A stretch of 64,000 nt of DNA from Escherichia coli (GTDB lineage Bacteria; Pseudomonadota; Gammaproteobacteria; Enterobacterales; Enterobacteriaceae), in NCBI RefSeq assembly GCF_009931435.1, contig NZ_CP043414.1; one strand, written 5' to 3'. A program made the translations under genes and the position numbers. How positions within the stretch are numbered: position 1 is the first letter of the stretch; each line of letters begins with the position of its first letter. Below, in pieces: positions 46,662 to 57,272 of the stretch. The notes under the pieces were generated by a model. That model saw nothing but the letters and a program-made list of their open reading frames with translations, was not told where the DNA came from and did not search any database.

Positions 46662-47678
46662 ATGAGTGCCCACTATTTTAATCCACAAGAGATGATCAAT
46701 AAGACAATCATCTTCGATGAAAGGCCAGAGGCGTCAGTGGCATCATCATTCCATGTTGCTTATGGCATTGATAAAAACTTTCTTTTTGGTTGTGGTGTTT
46801 CAATCACGTCAGTTTTGTTACATAACAACGACGTGAGTTTTGTCTTCCACGTTTTTATTGATGATATCCCTGACGCCGATATCCAGCGTTTATCCCAATT
46901 GGCGAAAAGCTATCATACCTGTATCCAGATCCATCTGGTAAATTGTGAACGGCTTAAGGTATTACCGACGACCAAAAATTGGTCTATTGCCATGTATTTC
47001 CGTTTTGTAATTGCAGATTACTTTATTGATCAACAAGATAAGATCCTGTACCTGGATGCTGATATCGCCTGTCAGGGAACCTTAAAACCGCTGATAACAA
47101 TGGATCTTGCCAATAACGTTGCTGCTGTTGTTACTGAACGCGATGCTAACTGGTGGTCGTTACGGGCTCAAAGTCTGCAGTGTAATGAACTTGAAAAGGG
47201 TTACTTTAATTCAGGTGTCCTGTTAATTAATACACTAGCGTGGGCGCAGGAGTCCGTTTCTGCTAAAGCGATGTCGATGCTTGCTGATAAAGCCGTCGTT
47301 TCCCGTTTAACCTATATGGATCAAGATATACTAAATCTTATCCTGTTAGGGAAAGTTAAATTCATTGATGCTAAATACAATACGCAATTTAGTTTAAATT
47401 ATGAATTAAAAAAATCATTTATTTGTCCAATTAATGATGAAACCGTATTAATTCATTATGTCGGCCCGACAAAACCCTGGCATTACTGGGCCGGTTATCC
47501 AAGCGCGCAGCCATTTATCAAAGCCAAAGAAGCATCGCCATGGAAAAATGAACCGTTAATGCGGCCAATTAACTCAAATTATGCTCGTTATTGCGCTAAG
47601 CATAATTTTAAACAAAATAAACCAATTAACGGGATAATGAATTATATTTATTATTTTTATTTAAAGATAATAAAATGA
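46662..47678 (+). CDS. waaO: GT8-family LPS outer-core glycosyltransferase; by position the R1-type WaaO
   Basis: 338-aa GT8 protein (DxD, YFNSGVLLIN motifs) immediately after waaP; AT-rich. Confidence 0.7.
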   Translation: MSAHYFNPQEMINKTIIFDERPEASVASSFHVAYGIDKNFLFGCGVSITSVLLHNNDVSFVFHVFIDDIPDADIQRLSQLAKSYHTCIQIHLVNCERLKVLPTTKNWSIAMYFRFVIADYFIDQQDKILYLDADIACQGTLKPLITMDLANNVAAVVTERDANWWSLRAQSLQCNELEKGYFNSGVLLINTLAWAQESVSAKAMSMLADKAVVSRLTYMDQDILNLILLGKVKFIDAKYNTQFSLNYELKKSFICPINDETVLIHYVGPTKPWHYWAGYPSAQPFIKAKEASPWKNEPLMRPINSNYARYCAKHNFKQNKPINGIMNYIYYFYLKIIK

Positions 47679-47694
47679 CATTGAGAAAAGTTAA

Positions 47695-48690
47695 ATGAAT
47701 GAATTTATAAAAGAACGGTTTTCGTATTTAGCAGATAATAAAAAAGAAAACGTCCCAGAGCTAAATGTTTCCTACGGTATCGATAAGAATTTTTTGTATG
47801 GTGCTGGCGTTTCAATTTCTTCCGTTTTGATTAATAATTCAGATATTAATTTTGTCTTTCATGTTTTCACTGATTATGTGGATGATGATTATTTAAAGTC
47901 ATTTAATGAAACAGCAAAACAATTTAATACCTCAATTATTGTATATTTAATTGACCCAAAATACTTTGCTGATCTACCGACGTCACAGTTTTGGTCGTAC
48001 GCGACATACTTCAGGGTATTGTCCTTTGAATATCTGAGTGAAAGTATTTCCACACTGCTGTATCTGGATGCCGATGTCGTTTGTAAAGGAAGTCTGAAAC
48101 CTCTCACAAAAATTATATTTAAAGATGAGTTTGCTGCGGTTATTCCTGACAATGATAGTACTCAGGCGGCATGTGCAAAACGTCTTAACATTCCCGAAAT
48201 GAATGGACGTTATTTCAATGCAGGCGTTATCTATGTCAATCTTAAAAAATGGCATGAAGCAAATTTGACACCGTATTTACTCAAACTTTTACGAGGGGAA
48301 ACTAAATATGGCTCTCTTAAATATTTAGATCAGGATGCGTTGAATATCGCATTTAATATGAATAATATCTACCTTGCGAAGGATTTTGATACTATTTATA
48401 CCCTGAAAAACGAACTTTATGATCGTAGTCATCGAAAGTATCAGCAAACCATTACCGATAAAACAGTGTTGATTCACTATACAGGGATAACTAAACCATG
48501 GCATAGCTGGGCTGGATATCCGTCTGCATCATACTTTAATATCGCGCGTGAACAATCTCCCTGGAAGAAATATCCTCTTAAAGAGGCGCGGACTGTTGCA
48601 GAAATGCAGAAACAATATAAGCATCTGTTTGCCCATGGTGAGTATATAAAAGGCATAACTTCATTAATTAAGTACAAGCTTAAGAAATAA
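47695..48690 (+). CDS. waaT: GT8-family LPS outer-core glycosyltransferase; by position the R1-type WaaT
   Basis: 331-aa GT8 paralog (LDADVVCKG, YFNAGVIYVN). Confidence 0.65.
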   Translation: MNEFIKERFSYLADNKKENVPELNVSYGIDKNFLYGAGVSISSVLINNSDINFVFHVFTDYVDDDYLKSFNETAKQFNTSIIVYLIDPKYFADLPTSQFWSYATYFRVLSFEYLSESISTLLYLDADVVCKGSLKPLTKIIFKDEFAAVIPDNDSTQAACAKRLNIPEMNGRYFNAGVIYVNLKKWHEANLTPYLLKLLRGETKYGSLKYLDQDALNIAFNMNNIYLAKDFDTIYTLKNELYDRSHRKYQQTITDKTVLIHYTGITKPWHSWAGYPSASYFNIAREQSPWKKYPLKEARTVAEMQKQYKHLFAHGEYIKGITSLIKYKLKK

Positions 48691-48699
48691 ATTACTCTT

Positions 48700-49392
48700 A
48701 TGATTACAAGTATACGTTATCGCGGCTTCTCATTTTATTACAAAGATAATGATAATAAATATAAAGAAATCTTTGATGAAATACTGGCCTATAATTTTAA
48801 AACAGTAAAAGTATTACGTAATATTGATGATACCAAAGTATCGTTGATTGATACGAAATATGGTCGCTATGTTTTTAAAGTCTTTGCTCCGAAAACGAAA
48901 AGGAATGAACGTTTTTTAAAATCTTTTGTAAAAGGTGACTACTATCAGAATTTGATCGTTGAAACCGATCGTGTCAGAAGTGCAGGTCTTACTTTTCCTA
49001 ATGATTTTTATTTTCTGGCTGAGCGTAAAATTTTCAACTATGCCAGTGTTTTTATCATGCTTATCGAGTATGTCGAGGGCGTAGAGCTCAATGATATGCC
49101 GATTATTCCAGAAAATGTTAAAGCAGAAATTAAGGTTTCAATGGAAAAATTGCATGCCTTAAATATGCTATCGGGCGACCCACACCGGGGTAACTTTATC
49201 GTTAGTAAAGATGGTGTCAGGATAATTGACCTATCCGGTAAAAGCTGTACGGCAGAGCGTAAAGCTCGTGATCGTCTGGCCATGGAACGTCACCTGGGTA
49301 TTGCCAACGAAATAAAAGATTATGGCTACTATTCAGTAATCTACAGAACCAAACTACGCAAATTTATTAAAAAATTAAAAGGCAAAGCGTAA
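48700..49392 (+). CDS. waaY: LPS core heptose II kinase
   Basis: 230-aa kinase-like protein between GT8 genes, as WaaY in waa clusters. Confidence 0.8.
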   Translation: MITSIRYRGFSFYYKDNDNKYKEIFDEILAYNFKTVKVLRNIDDTKVSLIDTKYGRYVFKVFAPKTKRNERFLKSFVKGDYYQNLIVETDRVRSAGLTFPNDFYFLAERKIFNYASVFIMLIEYVEGVELNDMPIIPENVKAEIKVSMEKLHALNMLSGDPHRGNFIVSKDGVRIIDLSGKSCTAERKARDRLAMERHLGIANEIKDYGYYSVIYRTKLRKFIKKLKGKA

Positions 49393-49417
49393 ACCACACA
49401 GTCAAAACGGAACCAAC

Positions 49418-50446
49418 ATGGATTTATTAGCTGAGAGTATTACTGAAGTCGCTGTCTCTGGGGAAATTGCTAACACCGATCGTGTGTTAAATATCGCTTA
49501 CGGTATTGACCGTAATTTTTTATTTGGTGCGGCAGTATCTATGCAATCAGTTGTTATGCATAACCCGGACCTTGCGGTTAAGTTTCATCTCTTTACCGAC
49601 TACATTGATGAAGATTATCTACAACGTGTTAACGCTTTTACCAGCAAAAATGCTAACGTTGAAGTAAGAATTTATAAAGTCTCCAGTGCCTTTATTGATA
49701 TCTTCCCCAGCCTGAAACAGTGGTCTTATGCAACATTCTTCCGTTTAGTTGCGTTCCAGTATCTGAGTGAAACTATTGAAAATCTGTTATATATCGATGC
49801 TGATGTCATCTGTAAAGGCTCATTAGCTGGATTGCTTGATATTAATTTTGACGGCGATAAGTTTGCAGCTGTTATTAAAGATGTGCCTTTTATGCAGGAA
49901 AAACCAGCGAAGCGTCTGGCTATAGAGGGACTTCCAGGGAATTATTTCAACGCTGGTGTAGTATATCTGCAGCTTGAAGCATGGTCGAAAAATGATTTTA
50001 TGAACAAAGCCATTGCTATGCTGGCAAGTGACCCGCAGCACACGAAATATAAATGCCTTGATCAGGATATTTTAAATATTCTGTTCTTTGGTCATTGTAT
50101 TTTTATTAGCGGCGATTATGATTGCTTTTATGGCATTGACTATGAGTTAAAAAATAAAAGCAATGAAGATTATAAAAAGACCATTACCGATGATACTAAG
50201 CTGATTCATTATGTTGGCGTAACGAAGCCCTGGAACGACTGGACAAATTATCCCTGCCAGAAGTATTTTAATGAGGCTTATCAGGCTTCTTGCTGGAATG
50301 ATGTGGCGTTTATTCCAGCCACGAATGAAAAGCAGTATCAAGTGAAATACCAACATGCAAAGAAAAATGGTGATACGTTTAACGCTTTCATTTACTTCAT
50401 TAAATTCAAATTAAATAAGTATAAAAGAAAACTATTTGGGCAATAA
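49418..50446 (+). CDS. waaW: GT8-family LPS outer-core glycosyltransferase; by position the R1-type WaaW
   Basis: 342-aa GT8 paralog (IDADVICKG, YFNAGVVYLQ). Confidence 0.65.
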   Translation: MDLLAESITEVAVSGEIANTDRVLNIAYGIDRNFLFGAAVSMQSVVMHNPDLAVKFHLFTDYIDEDYLQRVNAFTSKNANVEVRIYKVSSAFIDIFPSLKQWSYATFFRLVAFQYLSETIENLLYIDADVICKGSLAGLLDINFDGDKFAAVIKDVPFMQEKPAKRLAIEGLPGNYFNAGVVYLQLEAWSKNDFMNKAIAMLASDPQHTKYKCLDQDILNILFFGHCIFISGDYDCFYGIDYELKNKSNEDYKKTITDDTKLIHYVGVTKPWNDWTNYPCQKYFNEAYQASCWNDVAFIPATNEKQYQVKYQHAKKNGDTFNAFIYFIKFKLNKYKRKLFGQ

Positions 50447-50524
50447 AAATCATGGATGTCTGAGTTACAATAATAATTAAGGATGAGTACTATCATATTT
50501 TATTAGTTCAGGCAAGAGAACACG

Positions 50525-51508
50525 ATGAGCAATGATTACCCTTTAGTATCCATAATAATACCGACGTATAATTCATCTGATTACATTACTGAAACTCTAA
50601 CGAAATTAGAAAAACAAACTTACCCAAATTTTGAAATTGTTATTGTTAATGATGGTTCTAAAGATAACACATCAAACGTTTTGAGAGAGTATGGGTTAAC
50701 CCACTCGCAATTAATTATTATCAATAAAGAAAATGGCGGTGTTTCGTCTGCCAGGAATACAGGTATCCGCAAGGCGCAAGGACAGTTTATATGTTTTATG
50801 GATGATGATGATGAGATAGATCCTAACTATCTGCTGAAGATGTATTCCAGACAACATGAGACGGGAGGGGATGCGATTTATTGTGGGCTTTATGGCCATC
50901 ATATAAAAAATGGTGTTACTTACTCACCTATAAATACAGAGTTTAATGAAGGGTCTTTACTTTTCGACTTTTTTTATAAAAAGGTCAGATTCCATATAGG
51001 GTGCTTGTTTATAAGAAAACAACTCCTGGAAGATAATAATCTTTTTTTTGATGAAGATTTACGACTAGGAGAAGATCTGGATTTTATCTATCGACTGCTA
51101 ATTACATGCGATATGTATGCGGTTCCATATTATATGTATAAGCATAACTATAGAGAAAATTCCTTAATGAACTCATGTAGAACCATCACTCATTATCGAC
51201 ATGAGTCATTTGCGCACGAAAGAATCTACTCTTCTGTGATGCAGTTATACAAAGGTAACCGGAAAGAAGAAATTCATACATTATTGAGTAAAAATAGAAC
51301 TTATCATAAAACTCGTTATTTATGGAATGTTCTACTTAATGGCGATTTTGAATTATTAAATCAATTAGTTGAAAGCAATGAAAAAGAATTGAAAGATTGT
51401 AATCTTCTTGGCAAGAGAGATAAGAGGCGAGCAAAAATATTAGCATCAAAAAACTATATTCTCTGGAGGATGGTAAGACTGGTAAATAGAAAAAAGAATA
51501 AACGTTAG
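50525..51508 (+). CDS. waaV: GT2-family glycosyltransferase; by position the R1-type WaaV
   Basis: 327-aa protein with the GT2 N-terminus VSIIIPTYNSSDYI...VIVNDGSKDNT and DDDD motif. Confidence 0.65.
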   Translation: MSNDYPLVSIIIPTYNSSDYITETLTKLEKQTYPNFEIVIVNDGSKDNTSNVLREYGLTHSQLIIINKENGGVSSARNTGIRKAQGQFICFMDDDDEIDPNYLLKMYSRQHETGGDAIYCGLYGHHIKNGVTYSPINTEFNEGSLLFDFFYKKVRFHIGCLFIRKQLLEDNNLFFDEDLRLGEDLDFIYRLLITCDMYAVPYYMYKHNYRENSLMNSCRTITHYRHESFAHERIYSSVMQLYKGNRKEEIHTLLSKNRTYHKTRYLWNVLLNGDFELLNQLVESNEKELKDCNLLGKRDKRRAKILASKNYILWRMVRLVNRKKNKR

Positions 51509-51553
51509 GTCTTCCATTAAATAACCCATCCTCGTAGCATAGGTTGAAATTAT

Positions 51554-52807
51554 ATGTCGTTTTGTTGGAATGAAATTAACTCTGGTGTCAAGTCTTTAAC
51601 TCTCATATTATGTATGTTGTCTTTAATGACTTTGTCTTTGTGGGATGATGTTGCAACAAAGTTTCTTCATGCAGCTGGAATTATATCTGCATTATATTTT
51701 CTAGCGACACCAAAAAAAACAATAACTAATAATCCTACGTTGTTAATTTTCATCTCATTATGTCTTTTGGGTATCGTTAATATCATCTGGTATTCACATT
51801 ATAAAGTTTCAGGCTCGGTTTATACCAATGCATATCGTGGCCCAATGGAAACTGGAAAAATTGCCTTGTGTAGTGCTTTTATTTTCTTAGTTCTTTTTGC
51901 TAAAGATGAGATGAGAACCAAAATAAAATTTGGGAAACTAATTCTGTTCGCATCCCTGGCAACGCAGTTACTTTTTTTTGCGCATGCCATGTGGCAACAT
52001 TTCTATTTAAACGTCGACCGTGTTGCATTATCAGCTTCCCACGCTACAACAGCAGGCTACATCATCCTTTTCCCTTCTTTACTGGCATCAATTCTCATTT
52101 TAAAATCCGACTTTAGACATAAAACAACATTATATACAATTAACTTCATGCTTAGCTTATGTGCTGTTATAGTAACTGAAACGCGTGCAGCCATATTAGT
52201 GTTTCCATTCTTTGCGTTACTATTAATCGTAATGGATAGTTATATTAATAAGCGAATTAATTATAAGTTATATTGTTTTATTGCGATTGCATTATTAGCA
52301 GGTGTATTTTCTTTTAAAGATACATTACTTACGAGAATGAATGACTTAAATAGGGATTTAGTTAATTATTCGCATGATAACACCAGAACTTCAGTCGGTG
52401 CCCGTCTGGCAATGTATGAAGTTGGTTTAAAAACATATTCTCCAATAGGACAATCACTGGAAAAACGCGCGGAAAAAATACATGAACTAGAAGAGAAAGA
52501 GCCTAGATTAAGTGGCGCTTTACCCTTTGTAGATTCTCATTTGCATAACGATCTCATAGATACGTTATCAACGCGTGGTATTCCTGGAGTAGTATTAACA
52601 ATTTTAGCCTTTTCAGCAATATTCATATATGCCTTAAGAACTGCTAAAGAACCTTATATTTTAATCTTGCTTTTTTCACTACTGGTAGTAGGCCTAAGTG
52701 ATGTAATACTCTTTTCTAAACCGGTTCCGACTGCTGTGTTTGTCACCATAATATTGCTTTGTGCTTATTTTAAAGCACAATCGGACCAATGTTTATTAGA
52801 TAAGTAA
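51554..52807 (+). CDS. waaL: O-antigen ligase
   Basis: 417-aa highly hydrophobic polytopic protein at the end of the waaQ operon. Confidence 0.8.
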   Translation: MSFCWNEINSGVKSLTLILCMLSLMTLSLWDDVATKFLHAAGIISALYFLATPKKTITNNPTLLIFISLCLLGIVNIIWYSHYKVSGSVYTNAYRGPMETGKIALCSAFIFLVLFAKDEMRTKIKFGKLILFASLATQLLFFAHAMWQHFYLNVDRVALSASHATTAGYIILFPSLLASILILKSDFRHKTTLYTINFMLSLCAVIVTETRAAILVFPFFALLLIVMDSYINKRINYKLYCFIAIALLAGVFSFKDTLLTRMNDLNRDLVNYSHDNTRTSVGARLAMYEVGLKTYSPIGQSLEKRAEKIHELEEKEPRLSGALPFVDSHLHNDLIDTLSTRGIPGVVLTILAFSAIFIYALRTAKEPYILILLFSLLVVGLSDVILFSKPVPTAVFVTIILLCAYFKAQSDQCLLDK

Positions 52808-52817
52808 TGAATATGTG

Positions 52818-52849
52818 AAATAAAATCAGCAAGGAAGCTGATTTTATTT
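52818..52849. terminator. Bidirectional terminator between convergent waaL and waaC
   Basis: Perfect 13-bp inverted repeat AAATAAAATCAGC/GCTGATTTTATTT with a 6-nt loop. Confidence 0.55.
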
Positions 52850-52876
52850 CAAAATTATCTATTAAAGAGTTGTAAT

Positions 52877-53857
52877 TTAAATCATGGCAGCTTTTTCAGC
52901 GTTTTCTTCAATGAATTGCTTAACAGCATTTGCTGTCAATTGAGACAACTCATTCCCCGGTGCCCTACATACCATCTGATTCTTCCCATACCCGCCAATT
53001 AATCCCGGATCGGTTGGCCCATAAACCGTGATATTCGGTCGATCCAGTGCTGCAGTTAAATGGCTTAATCCTGTATCGACTGACACAACAAATTTAGCCC
53101 CCGCCAGCACACAAGCAACGCCTTCCAGACTCATCTTCGGCAATACTTCAACATAAGCAAATCCTTCCGCCAGTCTTTTTGCCCGCTCTTCTTCATGCGG
53201 CGCGCCCCACGGAAGTTTAATGCGAATCCCTGAATCTGCCAGTAAACCAATCAACTCTCGCCAGTGTGCTTCCGGCCAGTGTTTATCATCACGGGTTGTT
53301 GCATGAAGAAATACGGCATATTCGCCAGCATCTGTTGGCAGGTTCGTCAGGAAATGCTGCGCAATAGCATAATCGCCCTGAGTCTGCGGTTTGCTATAGC
53401 CCAGACTTTTGGCAAACAGTTCGCGGGTGCGTTCTACGGCGTGCTGCTGTTTTGCAATATGATGTTTACGATTGTAAAACAGGCTGGCTAAAGGTTCGCG
53501 TGCGGTTTGCCAGTCCATTCCATGCTTTACGCCATGCGCCAGACGCGTAACTAGTGCCGCGCTTTTTACCAGCCCCTGAGCGTCGATAACTGCGTCATAG
53601 TTCTCTGCTTGTAGCGCTTCACGAAACGCTTTGCGTTCAGCTTTTATGGGGGCCGAGAACCAGGCTTTACGCCAGCGACGTATTGCCACAGGAATAACTC
53701 GCTCAACGGCGGCGTGCCAGGAAGGAATTTGTGCGAACCCTTCTTCCACCACCCAGTCAAACTTAATCCCCGGGATTGCCTGCTGGGCATCAGTGAGTGC
53801 GGGCAACGTATGGAGAACATCGCCCATCGACGATGTTTTAACGATCAAAACCCGCAT
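52877..53857 (-). CDS. waaC: LPS heptosyltransferase I
   Basis: MRVLIVKTSSMGDVLHTLPALTDAQ... matches WaaC. Confidence 0.95.
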   Translation of the reverse strand: MRVLIVKTSSMGDVLHTLPALTDAQQAIPGIKFDWVVEEGFAQIPSWHAAVERVIPVAIRRWRKAWFSAPIKAERKAFREALQAENYDAVIDAQGLVKSAALVTRLAHGVKHGMDWQTAREPLASLFYNRKHHIAKQQHAVERTRELFAKSLGYSKPQTQGDYAIAQHFLTNLPTDAGEYAVFLHATTRDDKHWPEAHWRELIGLLADSGIRIKLPWGAPHEEERAKRLAEGFAYVEVLPKMSLEGVACVLAGAKFVVSVDTGLSHLTAALDRPNITVYGPTDPGLIGGYGKNQMVCRAPGNELSQLTANAVKQFIEENAEKAAMI

Positions 53858-53860
53858 CCG

Positions 53861-54907
53861 TCAGGCTTCCTCTTGTAACAATAGCGCGTTGAGTTCTTCC
53901 AGTACGCGCTGGGGAGTAATGTCGATCAAGCTCTGGTGATAACCCTCCGCAGCATCACCTTTACGCACTTTGTGATAGCCGGTAATCAGGCGGATCACGC
54001 GCGCTTTATGGGATAGTGGCGGTGTGAAGTCCGGGCTACTCGGACCATACAGGGCAACCAAAGGACGATTGAGCGCCGCCGCAACGTGCATCAGGCCAGA
54101 ATCGTTAGTGACAATGGCTTTACAGGCTGCAATCAGGATAACCGCTTGATCAAGCTGTGTTTCCCCCGCCAGGTTCCGGCACCATGCCTGCTGCTCGGTA
54201 TTCAAAGCGGCAAGAATCTCATTGCCCGCTTCATGATCTTTCGCCGAGCCAAACAGAACCACCTGATAACCTTCATCAATCAGCTGCTTTGCCAGCTCAG
54301 CATAGTGGTAGTGTGGCCAGCGTTTTGCCGGACCAAACTCCGCCCCCGGGCAAAAGCCAATCATCGGACGTTCTGATGAGAGCGAAAATTGATTACAGGT
54401 ATATGATTTTTCACCTTCGCTCACCTGCAACTGCGGCCATAACAATGGCTGCGGCAGATCTTGTGCGGTACGCATAATGCCTTTGTCATAGGCCAGCGCG
54501 ACATAGCGTTCCACCATTAGCGGCCAGGCTTCTTTATCGAGCACGCGTACATCGTTAAGTAAACCGTAGCGCATCTCGCCGCGCCAGCCGGTGCGATGAG
54601 GAATACCCGCGAAGAAAGGCACTAATGCGGACTTGAAGGAGTTGGGTAAGACGTAGGCGCGGTCGTAGCGCTTTTCACGCAGACTATGACCCAGTTTGCG
54701 GCGTTCGCCGATTTCCAGCGCTCCGTGACCGAGAGGCATAGGGATAGCTTCGTTAACTTCCGGCATCCGCGATAACAATGGACGGCACCATGCCGGTGCC
54801 ATCACGTCGATTATCGCCTGGGGATAGCGCGCCTGGAGCGTGCGATAGAGACTTTGCGACATCATCATGTCGCCAACCCAAGACGGGCCGATCACCAGTA
54901 TTTTCAT
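53861..54907 (-). CDS. waaF: LPS heptosyltransferase II
   Basis: 348-aa MKILVIGPSWVGDMMMSQSLYRTL... matches WaaF. Confidence 0.95.
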   Translation of the reverse strand: MKILVIGPSWVGDMMMSQSLYRTLQARYPQAIIDVMAPAWCRPLLSRMPEVNEAIPMPLGHGALEIGERRKLGHSLREKRYDRAYVLPNSFKSALVPFFAGIPHRTGWRGEMRYGLLNDVRVLDKEAWPLMVERYVALAYDKGIMRTAQDLPQPLLWPQLQVSEGEKSYTCNQFSLSSERPMIGFCPGAEFGPAKRWPHYHYAELAKQLIDEGYQVVLFGSAKDHEAGNEILAALNTEQQAWCRNLAGETQLDQAVILIAACKAIVTNDSGLMHVAAALNRPLVALYGPSSPDFTPPLSHKARVIRLITGYHKVRKGDAAEGYHQSLIDITPQRVLEELNALLLQEEA

Positions 54908-54916
54908 GCAGAGCTC

Positions 54917-55849
54917 TTATGCGTCGCGATTCAGCCAGGCCATGTATTCCGTTACACCTTCAGCAACGGTTTTGAACGGTTTGTCGTAACCCGCCGCGCG
55001 CAGATTCGTCAGATCTGCCTGAGTGAACGCCTGATAGCGGCCTTTCAGTTTATCCGGGAACGGAATGTATTCGATCTGGCCTTTCTTGTGATAAGCAAGC
55101 GTAGCATCTGCTACTGCCTGGAAGGATTCTGCACGACCGGTGCCGAGGTTGAAGATGCCGGAAACGCCGTTTTCCAGGAACCACAGATTCACATCAGCCA
55201 CGTCGCCCACATAGACGAAGTCACGTTTGAAGTTCTCGCTACCTTCGAACAGCTTCGGTGATTCACCGTTGTTAAGCTGAGTGTTGAGATGGAAAGCGAC
55301 GCTCGCCATGCTGCCTTTATGGCCTTCACGCGGTCCATAAACGTTGAAATAGCGGAAGCCAACAATCTGCGAGTTCGCTTCTGGCAGGATTTGGCGAACA
55401 TATTCATCAAACAGGAATTTTGAGTAACCGTAGACGTTCAACGGTTTTTCGTACTCGCGGGATTCAATAAAGTCGGAGGTGCGACCGCCGTAAGTGGCCG
55501 CGGAAGAAGCGTACAGGAACGGGATTTCGCGTTCCAGACAGTAGTGCAGCAGCTCTTTGGAGTATTGATAGTTGTTATCCATCATATACTTGCCATCCCA
55601 CTCGGTGGTGGAAGAGCACGCGCCTTCGTGGAAAATCGCTTCGACATCGCCGAACTCTTCGCCAGCCATAATCTGGATCAGGAAGTCTTCCTTATCCATA
55701 TAGTCCGCGATATCCAGATCCACCAGGTTCACAAACTTGGTGCCGTCTTTCAGGTTGTCCACCACCAGAATATCGGTGATGCCTTTGTCATTCAGGGCTT
55801 TAACGATGTTGCTGCCGATAAAGCCCGCGCCGCCGGTAACGATGATCAT
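54917..55849 (-). CDS. hldD: ADP-L-glycero-D-manno-heptose 6-epimerase
   Basis: 310-aa [23 protein letters not shown]... (Rossmann GxxGxxG) matches HldD (RfaD). Confidence 0.95.
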
Positions 55850-56062
55850 AACTGTAACCTTCGAATTATGGAGTCAGAGACAATCTCAGACACGAATGCT
55901 TCTATCATATCACTACACGGCGTTGGCTTCAGCCATTCGCCAAAAGTGAGATTGATGGACGTTATTTATCCTGAATTTTGCAGAAGTGTTAACGCGTCAT
56001 CTCGTCGCAACCTATAAGTTTGGGTAATATGTGCTGGAATTTGCCCTGTCTGGAGAATCGCA

Positions 56063-57259
56063 ATGCGTGGAGAATTTTATCAGCAGTTAACCAACGATCT
56101 GGAAACCGCAAGGGCGGAAGGGTTGTTTAAAGAAGAGCGCATTATTACGTCTGCGCAACAAGCAGACATCACTGTGGCTGATGGAAGCCACGTCATTAAC
56201 TTTTGTGCCAATAACTATCTCGGACTGGCGAATCATCCGGATCTGATTGCGGCGGCAAAGGCGGGAATGGATTCTCACGGTTTCGGCATGGCTTCAGTAC
56301 GTTTTATCTGCGGCACTCAGGACAGCCATAAAGAGCTTGAACAAAAACTGGCGGCCTTCCTGGGGATGGAAGATGCGATTCTCTACTCTTCCTGCTTTGA
56401 TGCTAACGGTGGCCTGTTCGAAACGCTGTTGGGCGCGGAAGACGCCATTATCTCCGACGCACTGAACCACGCGTCTATTATTGATGGTGTGCGTCTGTGC
56501 AAAGCTAAACGCTATCGTTATGCCAACAACGATATGCAGGAGCTGGAAGCACGTCTGAAAGAAGCGCGTGAAGCCGGTGCGCGTCATGTGCTGATTGCCA
56601 CCGATGGTGTGTTCTCGATGGACGGCGTGATTGCCAACCTGAAAGGTGTTTGCGATCTGGCAGATAAATACGATGCCCTGGTGATGGTAGACGACTCCCA
56701 CGCCGTTGGTTTTGTCGGTGAAAATGGTCGTGGTTCCCATGAATACTGCGATGTGATGGGCCGGGTCGATATTATCACCGGCACGCTCGGTAAAGCGCTG
56801 GGCGGGGCGTCTGGTGGTTATACCGCGGCGCGCAAAGAAGTGGTTGAGTGGCTGCGCCAGCGTTCTCGTCCGTACCTGTTCTCCAACTCGTTGGCACCGG
56901 CCATTGTTGCCGCTTCCATCAAAGTGTTGGAGATGGTTGAAGCGGGTAGCGAGCTGCGTGACCGTCTGTGGGCGAACGCGCGTCAGTTCCGTGAGCAAAT
57001 GTCGGCGGCGGGCTTTACCCTGGCGGGTGCCGATCACGCCATTATTCCGGTCATGCTTGGCGATGCTGTAGTGGCGCAAAAATTTGCACGTGAACTGCAA
57101 AAAGAGGGCATTTACGTCACCGGTTTCTTCTATCCGGTCGTTCCGAAAGGTCAGGCGCGTATTCGTACCCAGATGTCTGCGGCGCATACCCCTGAGCAAA
57201 TTACGCGTGCGGTAGAAGCGTTCACGCGTATTGGTAAACAACTGGGCGTAATCGCCTGA
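56063..57259 (+). CDS. kbl: 2-amino-3-ketobutyrate CoA ligase
   Basis: 398-aa PLP enzyme matching Kbl. Confidence 0.95.
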   Translation: MRGEFYQQLTNDLETARAEGLFKEERIITSAQQADITVADGSHVINFCANNYLGLANHPDLIAAAKAGMDSHGFGMASVRFICGTQDSHKELEQKLAAFLGMEDAILYSSCFDANGGLFETLLGAEDAIISDALNHASIIDGVRLCKAKRYRYANNDMQELEARLKEAREAGARHVLIATDGVFSMDGVIANLKGVCDLADKYDALVMVDDSHAVGFVGENGRGSHEYCDVMGRVDIITGTLGKALGGASGGYTAARKEVVEWLRQRSRPYLFSNSLAPAIVAASIKVLEMVEAGSELRDRLWANARQFREQMSAAGFTLAGADHAIIPVMLGDAVVAQKFARELQKEGIYVTGFFYPVVPKGQARIRTQMSAAHTPEQITRAVEAFTRIGKQLGVIA

Positions 57260-57272
57260 GTGAGGATGTGAG

